The notes under the pieces are model-generated. The model had not been told where the DNA came from and did not search any database. It worked only from the letters and a program-made list of their open reading frames with translations. This document shows positions 45,453 through 57,207 of a stretch of DNA of 64,000 bases, in pieces. Location of the stretch: contig OZ001293.3 of NCBI GenBank assembly GCA_963921275.4, positions 5,504,001 through 5,568,000 on the forward strand, read 5' to 3'. The translations under genes and the position numbers were made by a program. The stretch comes from an uncultured Hormoscilla sp. (GTDB taxonomy: Bacteria > Cyanobacteriota > Cyanobacteriia > Cyanobacteriales > Desertifilaceae). Each line of letters opens with the position of its first letter. Position 1 is the stretch's first letter.

Positions 45453-47051
45453 TTATGCGCCTCGGACAATGCGGCTTTCCATTTGCGGACTGACAGGCGA
45501 TCGCTCGCGAATGTAGTCGCCCACGACATCGACTAGCAGATAACCGGTATTCAGTTGATTATTGCCCCGGGCAAACATGCTGTAACCATCGCCACCTTTG
45601 ATCAGAAAATCCTGAGTAACGACGCGGTAAGTAGCATCGGTTTGGAGAGGTTTAAATGAACCATCTTGCTGTTTAATTTGGATCTGGACGATGCGATCGC
45701 CCGCCGGTGCATGGGGGTTCCAGACAAAGCGCAACCCAGCAACTTGGGGAAAACTCCCCATACCTGATTCTACCTGACTGACTCCATGTTCTAAGGCTGC
45801 TTTGATTTGCTCTCCGATCAAGTCCAGTCGGGCGATCGTATTGCCAAAGGGTAGCATTTCCAATACTTGTCCGACTGTGACTGCACCTGGGGAAATGCTG
45901 GTGCGGATCCCGCCGCTGTTGACGATGGCGATTTGGCAACCGTCGGGGCGAGTTTTGGCCAGGATTGCATCGGCGACCAAATTGCCGAGATTTGTCTCAC
46001 CACTGCGGAGACGCGCCCGATCGCCTTCCAGCTTGACCAAGGTCTGGCCAATTACCTGCTGCTGAAGTTCTTGAAGGGGTTCTGCATAGGTTACCAACTT
46101 AGCTTGAAATGCTGGATCTGGGGGAATGGTAGCATCAACAATATGGGGTTTTCCCGCCCAGTCAGTTAGCGTCCCCGCCCGATCGAAGGTCAAATGTAAA
46201 TCGCTCAAATACTTGCCCCATTCCCAATCTGTTACTATCAATACCGGGCTACCATCGGGAGTTTTTGCCACCACTGGGTAAGGATTAGTAGCGCCAGAAA
46301 TATTGCCCAGAGGGGTATGGGAATGTCCGCCCACCACGACATCAATGCCATCTAGCTGACTGGCCAATTCTAAATCCCTGGGGAAACCGATATGAGTCAG
46401 GGCAATAATTTTATTCACTCCTTGGGAGGTTAATTCTCGGACAGCTTGTTTGGCGGCCTGGATATGGTTGGTGAAGCGAACACTCGCACCCGGGTTAGAG
46501 AGAATGGATGTTTCTTCAGTTGTCAGTCCGAAGATGCCGACTTTTTCACCCTTAAGCTTGAGGATAACCCAGGGTTTGATTTTCCCTGCCAGGGGCGAAC
46601 TTTCATCTACTTCAATATTAGCTGAGACCATGGGAAACTCAGCCCCGGCGATGAAATCAGCTAGCACTTGTTGTCCGCGATCGAATTCATGGTTGCCAAT
46701 AGTAGCAGCATTGTATTGCATGGCATTGTAGAAGTCCAGGTCTGCCTGACCCAGATAGTGGTTAAAATACAAAGTGCCTTGAAAGATGTCGCCAGCACTC
46801 AGCAGCAGTAGGGGTTCGTCAGCGCTAGCACTTTCCCGACGCAACTGGTTGACGAGGGTTTGCCGCTGGGCAATGCCACCCAGTTGGTGCGCACCCATTT
46901 TAACAGGTTGCAGATAAGCATGGTGGTCATTTGTGTGTAGCAGCCGCAGGGTAAACTGTCTGGACTGAAACAGGGTAGGACGAACTACAGCTAGCAGAAG
47001 GCCAGCAAACAACAGAATCAATATTAAACGCGATCGCCACAAATGTCGCAT
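45453..47051 (-). CDS. 5'-nucleotidase / UDP-sugar hydrolase
   Basis: LHTNDHH, AGDIFQG, GNHEFD, GGHSH, NSGGIR. Confidence 0.93.
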   Translation of the reverse strand: MRHLWRSRLILILLFAGLLLAVVRPTLFQSRQFTLRLLHTNDHHAYLQPVKMGAHQLGGIAQRQTLVNQLRRESASADEPLLLLSAGDIFQGTLYFNHYLGQADLDFYNAMQYNAATIGNHEFDRGQQVLADFIAGAEFPMVSANIEVDESSPLAGKIKPWVILKLKGEKVGIFGLTTEETSILSNPGASVRFTNHIQAAKQAVRELTSQGVNKIIALTHIGFPRDLELASQLDGIDVVVGGHSHTPLGNISGATNPYPVVAKTPDGSPVLIVTDWEWGKYLSDLHLTFDRAGTLTDWAGKPHIVDATIPPDPAFQAKLVTYAEPLQELQQQVIGQTLVKLEGDRARLRSGETNLGNLVADAILAKTRPDGCQIAIVNSGGIRTSISPGAVTVGQVLEMLPFGNTIARLDLIGEQIKAALEHGVSQVESGMGSFPQVAGLRFVWNPHAPAGDRIVQIQIKQQDGSFKPLQTDATYRVVTQDFLIKGGDGYSMFARGNNQLNTGYLLVDVVGDYIRERSPVSPQMESRIVRGA

Positions 47052-47219
47052 AGGATACTTTGATGAACTATGTTTTACAAATTGATAGTATTATATAACA
47101 GATTGAGAGGGACAGGCTCGATCGTGGCGGACTTTAGTCCTTCTCTGCTGGTTCGTAGTAAGGACTTTAGTCCTTCTCTGCTGGTTTTCTCCGGACAAGC
47201 TTCCGATAGCCCTACGTTT

Positions 47220-48110
47220 ATGAAAAATATGACTTTTTACATCGTGGATGTGTTTGCTATCGGCAAATATACTGGTAACCAACTGGCTGTGTTTCTGGAT
47301 GCGGGAGCAATATCTGATGCCGAAATGCAACAAATTGCTCTGGAAATGAATTATTCTGAAACTACATTTATCACCTCAAATGAACTGCGATCGGGGGGGG
47401 GATACGACGTGCGAATTTTCACCCCGAACAAGGAACTCCCGTTTGCGGGTCATCCCACTTTAGGTACTGCCTTCATTATACAGCAAGCCCTGATTAAAAA
47501 GCCAGTCATTCGAGTCAACTTGAATCTGAAGGTTGGGCAAATTCCCGTTACCTGGGAAGGGGAATTTCTCTGGATGCGGCAAAATCAGCCGACATTTCAC
47601 CGGGAATTGCCAGCAGAGGCGATCGCCCCCGTACTGAATATAGCGGTAGATGACATAGATACTCGGTTTCCAATTCAAGAAGTTGACACGGGAATTCCGT
47701 TTATTATTGTACCCTTGCGGACCCACAAAGCCCTGAAAGCTTGTCGGACCGATCGGGCGAAATACTTTGAATTAGTGGAGAAGACGGAAGCGAAGGAAAT
47801 GCTAGTATTTTGTCGGGAGACTTACTCGACTCAAAACAATCTGAGCGTGAGGGTATTTGCGGAATATTTGGGCATTCCTGAAGATCCAGCAACCGGGAGT
47901 GCCAATGGTTGTTTAGCGGGATATTTGGTAAAATATCAGTATTTTGGTGAATACTCAATTAACGTGCGAGTTAAACAGGGATATGAGATTAACCGACCGT
48001 CTTTACTGTTGCTCAAAGCGCAGAAAAACCAGTCAGAAATTGAGGTTAATGTGGGAGGTAAGGTAGTAATGGTTGCCAAGGGAGAATGGGCCAAGGGAGA
48101 ATGGGTTTAG
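47220..48110 (+). CDS. PhzF-family isomerase
   Basis: VDVF..GNQLAV, MNYSETTF, ELPFAGHPTLG, EDPATGSANG. Confidence 0.93.
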   Translation: MKNMTFYIVDVFAIGKYTGNQLAVFLDAGAISDAEMQQIALEMNYSETTFITSNELRSGGGYDVRIFTPNKELPFAGHPTLGTAFIIQQALIKKPVIRVNLNLKVGQIPVTWEGEFLWMRQNQPTFHRELPAEAIAPVLNIAVDDIDTRFPIQEVDTGIPFIIVPLRTHKALKACRTDRAKYFELVEKTEAKEMLVFCRETYSTQNNLSVRVFAEYLGIPEDPATGSANGCLAGYLVKYQYFGEYSINVRVKQGYEINRPSLLLLKAQKNQSEIEVNVGGKVVMVAKGEWAKGEWV

Positions 48111-48300
48111 TTATATCTGTAGGTTTGGTTAAGCGCAGTGCTACCCAACCTACAGATATGGTATTATAATAGTGGCGATATAACGCAGCCACAATCAGCT
48201 GCGTTATATCGCCAAGAATTTTTATCAACTGCACAAACTTTTTATGTTAGGCTATAATAGTATATAAAGAGAGAGATTGAGATTAACCAGAGGTGAAGTT

Positions 48301-48924
48301 ATGGTGGAGACAATTCAAGCCAAGAATCTGGAACTGCATGAAGTAGAAGAAAAATTTGGTCTGCAATTGGTGGATGACGATCGCTTCTTCCGGGAATGGC
48401 TGGACGATCTGCCGAAACTTACCGATATAGAAAGGCAACGGTTAGACCGGGTGAAAGCCTGCTATTTGCACATCTCCAAATATCTCATGTTGGAAGAAAG
48501 CGTAAAAATGGTCGTGCTTTCACCGTTGCTGGATTTAGCAGGATTTTATCTGCCGCCGTTTAGAATCACAACAGAAAAGCAGGTGCAAATTGCAGTCGAG
48601 GATGAAGAGATAATTATCAAGGGAGAACTTGATCTGCTGGTTCTACATAACAATTTTTGGGTTTTAGTTATCGAGTCGAAACGTAATAGCTTGTCTTTAG
48701 AACCAGGAATTCCCCAGGTGTTAGCTTATATGCTAGCTAATCCTCATTCTGAAAGACCGATGTTTGGCATGGTCACCAATGGAGTGAATTTTATTTTCCT
48801 CAAAGTGAAGAAACAAGGGACGCCGCAATATGCGAACTCTGATGAGTTTGTGATGCGACGCTGAGATGATTTGTATACTGTCCTGAAGATTTTGAAGCGC
48901 ATAGGTGAGTTGGCGTTCGGGTAG
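48301..48924 (+). pseudogene. HSDR_N-like PD-(D/E)XK protein with a late premature stop
   Basis: GELDLLV..VLVIESKR..PQVLAYM..GMVTNG. TGA at 48862-48864 with homology continuing (DDLYTVLKILK). Confidence 0.7.
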
Positions 48925-49015
48925 CAACTGTAAGTTGGGTTGAAGTACGAAACCCAACCGCCCTAAGGGCGATCGGGTATAAATCGGATTGCGGCGATAT
49001 CAATCAGTAATAATT

Positions 49016-49503
49016 ATGCTTCTCAAATCCATTAGTAAATCAGAGTTCAAGCAAATCCAGCGAGGCAGCTAATTGTCCACGACTACCCCCGTCAATTTGC
49101 TATGCTAGATTTGGGCGAACCTCTAGGGTGCTATGGACTCAGTTGGGAAAGTTCCTCCCATATTCAGCCAGTTATTGAGCGATCGACAGACCAGCGGACT
49201 CTCTGGATCGGAGTCGATCGACGCTTGGCCGCGATCGATCTACAGCAAGGTCACGTTTGCATCTCGTTATCCCTAATCATGCCAATTTTTCAAATCCTGA
49301 TTGTCGAGGACCTTACAGCTATCCTCACCGAACTGGAAGTTTTACTCTTCAGTGGAAATCGGACTCTCAAGTGTTTTGATCTTTTACCAGATTTAACGGC
49401 AAATATATCAAATATATCAGTGTATGGATCTGATTTTATGATTCAAATGTTCGATGGTTCCAGCGGTGGGAAGAAGATCGGGAGTCAGAAAAAGTGGACT
49501 TAA
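49016..49503 (+). pseudogene. Hypothetical protein, frameshifted
   Basis: Protein-like ORF 49102-49503 (LWIGVDRRLAAID) with an upstream ATG at 49016 out of frame. Confidence 0.4.
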
Positions 49504-50336
49504 AAGAACAGTTGCATACCCATTTGCTACATCTGGTGCGATCGCGGGATCCTTACTTGGCCACCGCCGGACATTTCTTCGTGCAGGAATACATCCGGGA
49601 ACAGCTATCAGAATGGGGAACTGTAGAAACAGATGAATTTCTAGTCAATGGCAGGACTCATCAAAATCTCATCCTCCACCTGGAAACTGCTACCAACAAG
49701 CACAAACCCCCCATCTTAATTGGCGCCCATTATGATACCGTACCGGGAACCCCTGAAGCTGATGATAATGCCACGGGAGTAGCAGTCCTATTATAATTGG
49801 CAAGAATATTCGCTGCGGAACCCGGGAAACATCCCCTGCAACTGGTGGCCTTCGACCTGGAAGAATTCGGTTTATTGGGTAGTAGCCATTATGCTACCCA
49901 ACTCCAGCAACAGCAGCAACCACTCCGTTTAATGATTTCTCTGGAAATGCTGGGTTATTGCGACCATTCTCCCAATTCCCAAGACTACCCAGTAGAGGTG
50001 TTAAAATACTTTTACCCCCATCAGGGGAACTTTATCGCCCTGATTGTCAATTTGCCCACATTGTTTGACACGATCCGCATTTCCCATATAATTAGTAAAG
50101 GGGGCATTAATTGTCGATGGTTGCCAGTACCCGATCGGGGTTTAATTCTGCCCGATACGCGACGCAGCGACCATTCCCCTTTCTGGGATGCGGGTTATCG
50201 ATCGATCATGGTGACTGATACAGCTAATTTGCGCAATCCCCATTATCATCAAGGCAGCGACAGTCTTGACACTTTGGATTTAGATTTCCTCACCGGTGTC
50301 TGTCGCGGTTTGGCAGCTAGCATCCGCTATCTCTGA
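49494..50336 (+). pseudogene. M28-family peptidase with an internal stop
   Basis: IGAHYD..ADDNATGVAVLL*LAR, FDLEE, RSDH, NPHYH. Confidence 0.88.
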
Positions 50337-50361
50337 GAACAATTATACTGCAAAAGGACAA

Positions 50362-53300
50362 ATGACGAATCAAAAATGGCAATTCTGGATTGACAGGGGC
50401 GGCACCTTTACTGATATCGTAGCTAAAGGTCCGGACGGTAAACTGGTAACTCATAAGTTGCTCTCAGAAAATCCCGATCGCTACCCCGATGCCCCCGTAC
50501 AAGGAATTCGCGATATCTTGGGGCTGAGTCCCGATTTTTCTGGAACGGTTCGCCCCATTCCCCGCGATCTGATAGAAGTGGTGAAAATGGGGACGACGGT
50601 GGCGACCAATGCTTTGCTGGAACGCAAGGGCGATCGCGCGGTTTTGCTAATCACCAAAGGTTTTCGAGACGCCCTCAGAATTGGCTATCAAAACCGTCCC
50701 GACCTCTTCGCCCGTCAGATTATTTTACCAGAAATGCTCTACGAACGAGTCATCGAAGTTGCCGAACGCTACAGCCCCCAGGGAGAAGAGTTAATTGATG
50801 TCAATATCGATGCGATCGCCCCAGCATTGCAAGCTGCTTACGATGACGGGATCCGCAGTTGCGCCATTGTCTTCATGCACGGTTATCGCTATCCCGAACA
50901 CGAGCAAAAAGTAGCTGACTTAGCACGGGCGATCGGGTTTACCCAGGTTTCCCCATCCCATGCAGTCAGTCCCTTGATGAAACTTGTCAGTCGGGGGGAT
51001 ACTACGGTAGTTGATGCCTATTTATCTCCAATTTTGCGCCGCTATGTCGATCTAGTTTATGGTCGCTTGGGGGAGGAAACAAACCTGATGTTCATGCAAT
51101 CGAATGGCGGGTTAGTAAACGCCCAATTGTTCCAGGGTAAAGACAGTATTTTATCAGGTCCAGCAGGGGGAATTGTCGGGGCAGTCCAGACCAGCGCGAT
51201 CGCGGGATTTGACAAAATTATCACCTTTGATATGGGGGGGACTTCTACCGATGTGGCCCATTACAATGGGGAATTGGAACGCAGCTTGGAAACGGAAATT
51301 GCTGGGGTCCGTTTGCGCACCCCCATGATGGCAATTCACACTGTCGCAGCGGGTGGCGGTTCCCTTCTCCAATTCGATAATGGGCGCTATCGCGTCGGTC
51401 CCGAATCAGCAGGGGCAAATCCCGGTCCTGCTTGCTATCGCCAGGGCGGTCCGCTAACAGTAACCGATGCCAACGTAATGCTGGGTAAGTTGCAACCGGA
51501 GTTTTTTCCCAAGGTGTTCGGTCCCCAGGGTAATTTGCCCTTAGATGGGGAAATAGTCAAGGAAAAATTTGCTCAGTTAGCAGCGGAAATAGGGGACGAG
51601 CGCCCGCCGGAACGAGTAGCAGCAGGATTTGTGGCGATCGCCGTCGAAAACATGGCCAACGCCATCAAGAAAATCTCCCTCCAGCGAGGATATGACGTTT
51701 CCAAATACACCCTCTGCTGCTTTGGGGGCGCGGGGGGACAACACGCCTGCTTAATTGCGGATGCCTTGAGAATGCAGCAAGTCTTTTTCCATCCTTTTGC
51801 GGGAGTATTGTCAGCTTATGGCATGGGTTTAGCGGATATTCGGGTATTGCGCGAACAGACAGTGGAAGCGCAATTAACCGCTGAATTAGTGCCAGACTTA
51901 GAACAGCAGTTGGAAAAATTAGCAGCGTCAGCTTTGGCCGAACTCGACTCAAAAAATGATATCTCCGTGCTGCGCAAGATTCACTTAAAATATCAAGGCA
52001 CGGATTCATCCTTGATGGTGGATTTCAGCAATGCAGCAGAGATGCGATCGCAGTTTGAGGTCCAGCATCGCCAGCGTTACGGCTTCGTCATGGAGAATAA
52101 ACAGTTGATTGTCGAAGCAGTTGCCGTCGAACTGGTGCAGTCCTCGGATATTCCCGAAGAACCGATCGTCCCACGGCGCACGGATGCAGCACCCCAACCA
52201 GTCGCCACTGTACCAATGTATAGTGGTAATAGCTGGCGGGAAACCCCCGTATTTCAGCGGTCGGACTTACAACCGGGAGACTGCATTACAGGTGCAGCTA
52301 TTATTATCGAACCCACGGGCACGAATATCATCGAACCGGGATGGCAAGCAGAATTAACCCCCCGCAATCATCTGATTTTGCAGAAGACTCAGAATTCAGC
52401 ATCTGTCAATTCCCCATCTGCCATCCAAAATCTCGCCTCCCCAGATCCAGTCATACTGGAAATTTTCAATAATCTATTTCGTTCGATCGCCGAACAAATG
52501 GGAACTACCCTGCAAAACACCAGCTATTCCGTAAATATCAAGGAAAGGTTAGATTTCTCTTGTGCCATCTTCGACCAAAAGGGACAATTAGTTGCCAATG
52601 CACCCCATATCCCCGTACATCTGGGTTCCATGAGTGAGAGTGTCAACAGTCTGATCTCGGAGTGCGGCGATCGCCTGAAACCGGGAGATGTTTACATTCT
52701 CAACAATCCTTATAATGGGGGTACCCATCTCCCCGACGTGACAGTAATTACTCCCATGTTCGATCTCGAAAATAAATCTTCTCCTCTCTTTTATGTGGTT
52801 TCCCGGGGACATCATGCCGATATTGGCGGTATCACTCCCGGTTCCATGCCACCTAATAGCAAGACAGTAGCAGAAGAAGGAGTGCTGTTGGACAATTTTC
52901 ACCTGGTGGATGGAGGAAAATTCCGGGAAAAGGAACTGCGAGAAATTCTCGGTGCTGGTAAATATCCGGTCCGCAACCCGGTCCAGAATCTCGCCGACTT
53001 GCAGGCCCAAATTGCTGCTAATGAAAAGGGTTTGCAGGAACTCGAACGGATGGTAGCATCCTATGGTAAGGCCACCGTGCAAGCTTATATGGCCTTCGTT
53101 CAGGATAATGCTGAAGAATCAGTGCGTAGGGCGATCGAGACCTTAAAGGATGGCAGTTTCACTCTTCTACTGGATAATGGCAGTCAGATTCAAGTTACAA
53201 TCGAGATCGATCGGGCGAGTCGCAGTGCCAAGATAGATTTTACCGGCACTTCGCCCCAACTGGAGAATAATTTTAATGCCCCATCTGCGGTCTGTAAAGC

Positions 53301-53976
53301 AGCAGTTCTCTACGTCTTCCGCACCCTAGTAAATGACGATATTCCCCTGAATGCGGGATGTCTGAAACCTTTACAAGTAATTATCCCGGCAGGATCGATT
53401 TTAAATCCCCGTTACCCAGCGGCGGTAGTAGCGGGAAATGTAGAAACTTCCCAAGCAATTACCGATGCTTTGTATGGGGCCCTGGGGGTAATGGCCGCCT
53501 CTCAAGGGACCATGAATAACTTCACCTTTGGGAACGATCGCTATCAATATTATGAAACAATTTGTGGAGGTGCGGGTGCGAGTGCCAACTTCCATGGCAC
53601 CGATGCAGTCCATACTCACATGACCAATTCTCGCCTGACAGATCCAGAAGTATTAGAATGGCGATTTCCCGTACTTTTGACCAGCTTTGCCATTCGTGAA
53701 AATAGTGGTGGGAAAGGGCGTCATGCTGGCGGGAATGGAGTGGTACGTCGCCTGCGTTTTCTGGAACCGATGACTGCTGGAATACTTTCCAGTCGGCGTG
53801 TAATTGCACCTTTTGGGTTGCAGGGTGGTGCAGCGGGTGCTTTGGGAAAGAATTACGTGCAGCGCAGTGATGGGACTGTGGTAGAATTGGGCAGTACCGC
53901 GACTGTAGAAATGGAAATTGGAGATGAATTTGTCATTGAAACCCCTGGTGGTGGTGGATATGGTATCCTAGAGTAA
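50362..53976 (+). CDS. ATP-dependent 5-oxoprolinase (hydantoinase A+B fusion)
   Basis: [47 protein letters not shown]. Confidence 0.95.
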   Translation: MTNQKWQFWIDRGGTFTDIVAKGPDGKLVTHKLLSENPDRYPDAPVQGIRDILGLSPDFSGTVRPIPRDLIEVVKMGTTVATNALLERKGDRAVLLITKGFRDALRIGYQNRPDLFARQIILPEMLYERVIEVAERYSPQGEELIDVNIDAIAPALQAAYDDGIRSCAIVFMHGYRYPEHEQKVADLARAIGFTQVSPSHAVSPLMKLVSRGDTTVVDAYLSPILRRYVDLVYGRLGEETNLMFMQSNGGLVNAQLFQGKDSILSGPAGGIVGAVQTSAIAGFDKIITFDMGGTSTDVAHYNGELERSLETEIAGVRLRTPMMAIHTVAAGGGSLLQFDNGRYRVGPESAGANPGPACYRQGGPLTVTDANVMLGKLQPEFFPKVFGPQGNLPLDGEIVKEKFAQLAAEIGDERPPERVAAGFVAIAVENMANAIKKISLQRGYDVSKYTLCCFGGAGGQHACLIADALRMQQVFFHPFAGVLSAYGMGLADIRVLREQTVEAQLTAELVPDLEQQLEKLAASALAELDSKNDISVLRKIHLKYQGTDSSLMVDFSNAAEMRSQFEVQHRQRYGFVMENKQLIVEAVAVELVQSSDIPEEPIVPRRTDAAPQPVATVPMYSGNSWRETPVFQRSDLQPGDCITGAAIIIEPTGTNIIEPGWQAELTPRNHLILQKTQNSASVNSPSAIQNLASPDPVILEIFNNLFRSIAEQMGTTLQNTSYSVNIKERLDFSCAIFDQKGQLVANAPHIPVHLGSMSESVNSLISECGDRLKPGDVYILNNPYNGGTHLPDVTVITPMFDLENKSSPLFYVVSRGHHADIGGITPGSMPPNSKTVAEEGVLLDNFHLVDGGKFREKELREILGAGKYPVRNPVQNLADLQAQIAANEKGLQELERMVASYGKATVQAYMAFVQDNAEESVRRAIETLKDGSFTLLLDNGSQIQVTIEIDRASRSAKIDFTGTSPQLENNFNAPSAVCKAAVLYVFRTLVNDDIPLNAGCLKPLQVIIPAGSILNPRYPAAVVAGNVETSQAITDALYGALGVMAASQGTMNNFTFGNDRYQYYETICGGAGASANFHGTDAVHTHMTNSRLTDPEVLEWRFPVLLTSFAIRENSGGKGRHAGGNGVVRRLRFLEPMTAGILSSRRVIAPFGLQGGAAGALGKNYVQRSDGTVVELGSTATVEMEIGDEFVIETPGGGGYGILE

Positions 53977-54325
53977 ATTAAGAAACCCGGTTTTTACAGA
54001 AAACCCGGTTTACCCTCGTTCCCTGGCTCCGCCGGGGAACGATTTATGGAGGCTCCGCTTCTAGTTGCAAATGGTGCAAAATATGAGTTAAAACCGACTA
54101 ATTAGATTAAGTTGATACCAATTTATTTCACCGTGTTGACTGTGGAGGAGAGGTCATGACCGACAATTCTTTTTTCGACGAGTCGCAGATGACCGGTCTT
54201 TATGGGCGATCGCCAACCGTCGCAGATGACCGGTCCCTATGGGCGTCCGCGTAGCGTGCGCGCAGCGCATTCGTCTCCCAGCCCCTAAACATGATTAAAC
54301 ATGTGTTTATAAATCGCTATTGAAA

Positions 54326-54682
54326 TCCCAAACCTCAAAATTGACGTTTAAAACATGACTGCTGAGGTCCCAAACCTCAAAATTGACGTTTAAAACATGA
54401 CTGCTGAGGTCCCAAACCTCAAAATTGACGTTTAAAACATGACTGCTGAGGTCCCAAACATCAAAATTAACGTTTAAAACATGACTGCTGAGGTCCCAAA
54501 CCTCAAAATTGACGTTTAAAACATGACTGCTGAGGTCCCAAACCTCAAAATTAACGTTTAAAACATGACTGCTGAGGTCCCAAACCTCAAAATTGACGTT
54601 TAAAACATGGCTGCTGAGGTCCCAAACTTCAAAATTGACGTTTAAAACATGGCTGCTGAGGTCCCAAACCTCAAAATTGACG
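54326..54682. repeat. 42-bp (2x21) tandem array, 8.5 copies
   Basis: TCCCAAACCTCAAAATTGACGTTTAAAACATGACTGCTGAGG at 54326, 54368 ... 54662. No spacers. Confidence 0.95.
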
Positions 54683-55055
54683 AAAAATTAAACAATTTTT
54701 AAAGCAGTTCGAGGAAAGCAACCTTAGTCCCACGGAAACCGAGAGATCGCGCGATCGCCTGCATACCCAAATCTAGCGCCAGTCAATCAACCAAATAGCA
54801 CCGTCGGATAGCGGCTGAAGATTTGAGTAACTATCACTTCTCACGTTGCAACCATAGCGCCGTTGCCTGCAACCATAGCGCCGCTGCCTGCACAAACCAG
54901 ACGTAAGATTAGTAAGGCGGGTGAGGCGCACAATCATCTGGCAGGCGCGGGGGAGATAAATTATGATTTTTGGCGCCGTCACCCACCACAACTGCTAACT
55001 TGTCAAATATATTCTCAGAGTAAGTTCATACCAACTGTGGAGCATAGGAGAGGTA

Positions 55056-56183
55056 ATGACCAACAATTCTTTTTTCGAGAAGCCTACAGAACAGTCCCGC
55101 GTCAAAGCAGAAATAGTCGCTAAATACTTTTGGGCTTGGGCAAAGGTGATTATCCCGAAGGCAAAGAAAAAACGGACAAACATCGCCTATATCGATCTGT
55201 TTTCTGGTCCTGGTATTTATGAAGATGGTTCTCAGTCTACACCATTGCTGATTTTGAAGCGTGCTATTGCCGAGCCCGATATGCGAGATATGTTAGTAAC
55301 CATCTTTAACGATGTAGACTCGGGCCACACTCAGTCGCTTCAGCAAGCTATCAAATCTCTACCCGATATAAACAGCTTAAAACACAGACCAATAATTATC
55401 AACACTGAGATGGGAGAGGAAATTGCAGAAGAGTGGGATAAAGTTAAATTATATCCTACACTCTCTTTTCTAGATCCTTGGGGTTACAAGGGGTTGTCAC
55501 TAAGTCTGTTCGGAACATTAATCGAGAGTTGGGGTTGTGATTGTATATTTTTCTTCAACTACAACCGGATTAATATGGTATTACATAATCCATCTGAAGA
55601 GAAGCACATGAATTCTTTGTTCGGCAAAGAGCGAGCAGATACCCTTCGAGAAAAAATAAAACCCATGCAACCTGAAGAACGAGAGTCAACTATTGTAGAA
55701 GCTATTTGTCAGGGTTTGAAAGAAGTAGGTGGAACGCACGTTCAGGAGTTTAACTTTAAAAATGCTAGTGGTAGCCGCACTAGCCATTATTTAATTTTTG
55801 TCTCCAAGAATCGGCGTGGTCTCTCAATCATGAAAGATATCATGGCTAAAAAAAGCTCTACTTTCTTTCAGAATGTACCGTCTTATGACTACAATACCCA
55901 GTCCGGACTTCGTCAGCTTTCACTGTTTGACCCTAAACCACTTGACGAACTTGAAGATATGTTGTTGGATAAATTTGCGGGTAGAACCATGACTATGATC
56001 GATGTTTATAACGAGCACTACGTTGATACGTCCTATATCAAGAAAAACTACAAAGATGCTCTCCGGAAGCTAGAGGAGAAAGGCAAAATAATAGCCGATC
56101 CGTCTGCTAGCCAACGACCCAAAAGAGAAGGAAAAATCACATTTGCAGACGAGGTAAAAGTTACATTCCCAGCAAAGCAGTAG
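55056..56183 (+). CDS. tcmP: Three-Cys-motif partner protein (methyltransferase-like, C-terminal wHTH)
   Basis: QSRVKAEIVAKYFWAW, YIDLFSGPG, FLDPWGYKG, IFFFNYNRIN, HYLIFVSKN. Adjacent to DUF5131. Confidence 0.88.
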   Translation: MTNNSFFEKPTEQSRVKAEIVAKYFWAWAKVIIPKAKKKRTNIAYIDLFSGPGIYEDGSQSTPLLILKRAIAEPDMRDMLVTIFNDVDSGHTQSLQQAIKSLPDINSLKHRPIIINTEMGEEIAEEWDKVKLYPTLSFLDPWGYKGLSLSLFGTLIESWGCDCIFFFNYNRINMVLHNPSEEKHMNSLFGKERADTLREKIKPMQPEERESTIVEAICQGLKEVGGTHVQEFNFKNASGSRTSHYLIFVSKNRRGLSIMKDIMAKKSSTFFQNVPSYDYNTQSGLRQLSLFDPKPLDELEDMLLDKFAGRTMTMIDVYNEHYVDTSYIKKNYKDALRKLEEKGKIIADPSASQRPKREGKITFADEVKVTFPAKQ

Positions 56184-56949
56184 CACCTCTATTTATTGGT
56201 TTTCGGTTAGGTTTTGCTCGATACTTTTCCCATCGTTTCCGATGCTGTTCCCAGGCGGCTGGCATTTGGTCCCAAATTTGCCCATCCAAAAGCCGCCCTC
56301 CAGCTTTGGGGGTGATACCGCCAACCTGCTTGAAGAAAAATGCTACCCCAGCATCCTGACATCGATCGCGGATATCCTGGGCCCACTCTATTTCCATCGG
56401 ACGGTATTTTGGTCCCGACTCGCCACCAACAATCACCCAGTCAATTCCCGTTAGATCCAGTTGTAAAGGACTTAACAGAGGTTCGCATGAAAGAAAGCGC
56501 ACTGCAGAGAAAACTTGCCGCAGACAGTCAACGCGGTGAATGTAGTTTTGATTCTCCACAGACACCCCCATCCAAACATTTTTATGCCAGTCTAGTTCAG
56601 AAGCTAACTCAAGCAGACGATCGTGCCGTTTGGTAAGAATTTGATATATATGCCAAGGTGTTTCACCCATTACCTCAAAAACTTTCTTCAGGAACCACAC
56701 AGGTACTTCTTCGTGGAAGAGGTCACTCATCGAGTTAACAAATATTCGACTTGGTTTGCGCCACCGCTTTGGTTGTGCCAAACGGTCTTTATAGACTGTC
56801 AATGCAAACCCATTCGGAAAATTTGTATAGAACCGTTTGGTGAGTGCTTCTGCATAGCAGTGCGTACAACCAGGACTTACCTTGTCACAACCAGTCGTCG
56901 GGTTCCAGGTTCTGTCCGTCCATTCGATCCCAGTATTAGTGCTAGCCAT
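56161..56949 (-). CDS. DUF5131 / phage Gp37-Gp68 family radical-SAM-like protein
   Basis: IEWTDRTWNPTTGCDKVSPGCTHCYA (Cx6Cx2C), FVNSMSDLFH, FLSCEPLL, WVIVGGESG, FFFKQ. Confidence 0.93.
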   Translation of the reverse strand: MASTNTGIEWTDRTWNPTTGCDKVSPGCTHCYAEALTKRFYTNFPNGFALTVYKDRLAQPKRWRKPSRIFVNSMSDLFHEEVPVWFLKKVFEVMGETPWHIYQILTKRHDRLLELASELDWHKNVWMGVSVENQNYIHRVDCLRQVFSAVRFLSCEPLLSPLQLDLTGIDWVIVGGESGPKYRPMEIEWAQDIRDRCQDAGVAFFFKQVGGITPKAGGRLLDGQIWDQMPAAWEQHRKRWEKYRAKPNRKPINRGATALLGM

Positions 56950-57207
56950 ATGCAAATTTAACCACAATAAATTAATTAATGTATGTTAGTAAATATAACA
57001 CTAACTACTAAAATTATGTAAAGGTGAGACCATTTACTCAGACCGGTTGCTTATGGTACGGCCAGAACAACAGGTGCCCGATCGAGAGTACTGTGCAGAG
57101 GGTGGGGATGTATTTGTATACGAGACGAGCTGGTGGGGAGTCACATATAGCGGTAAGATGGATGGGAAGTGATTCCACCATCAGAACCGAAAACTAGGTG
57201 TAACACA

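Noticed and set aside
54326..54682. CRISPR array
   Set aside because: The units are contiguous with no unique spacers, and there are no cas genes in the window.
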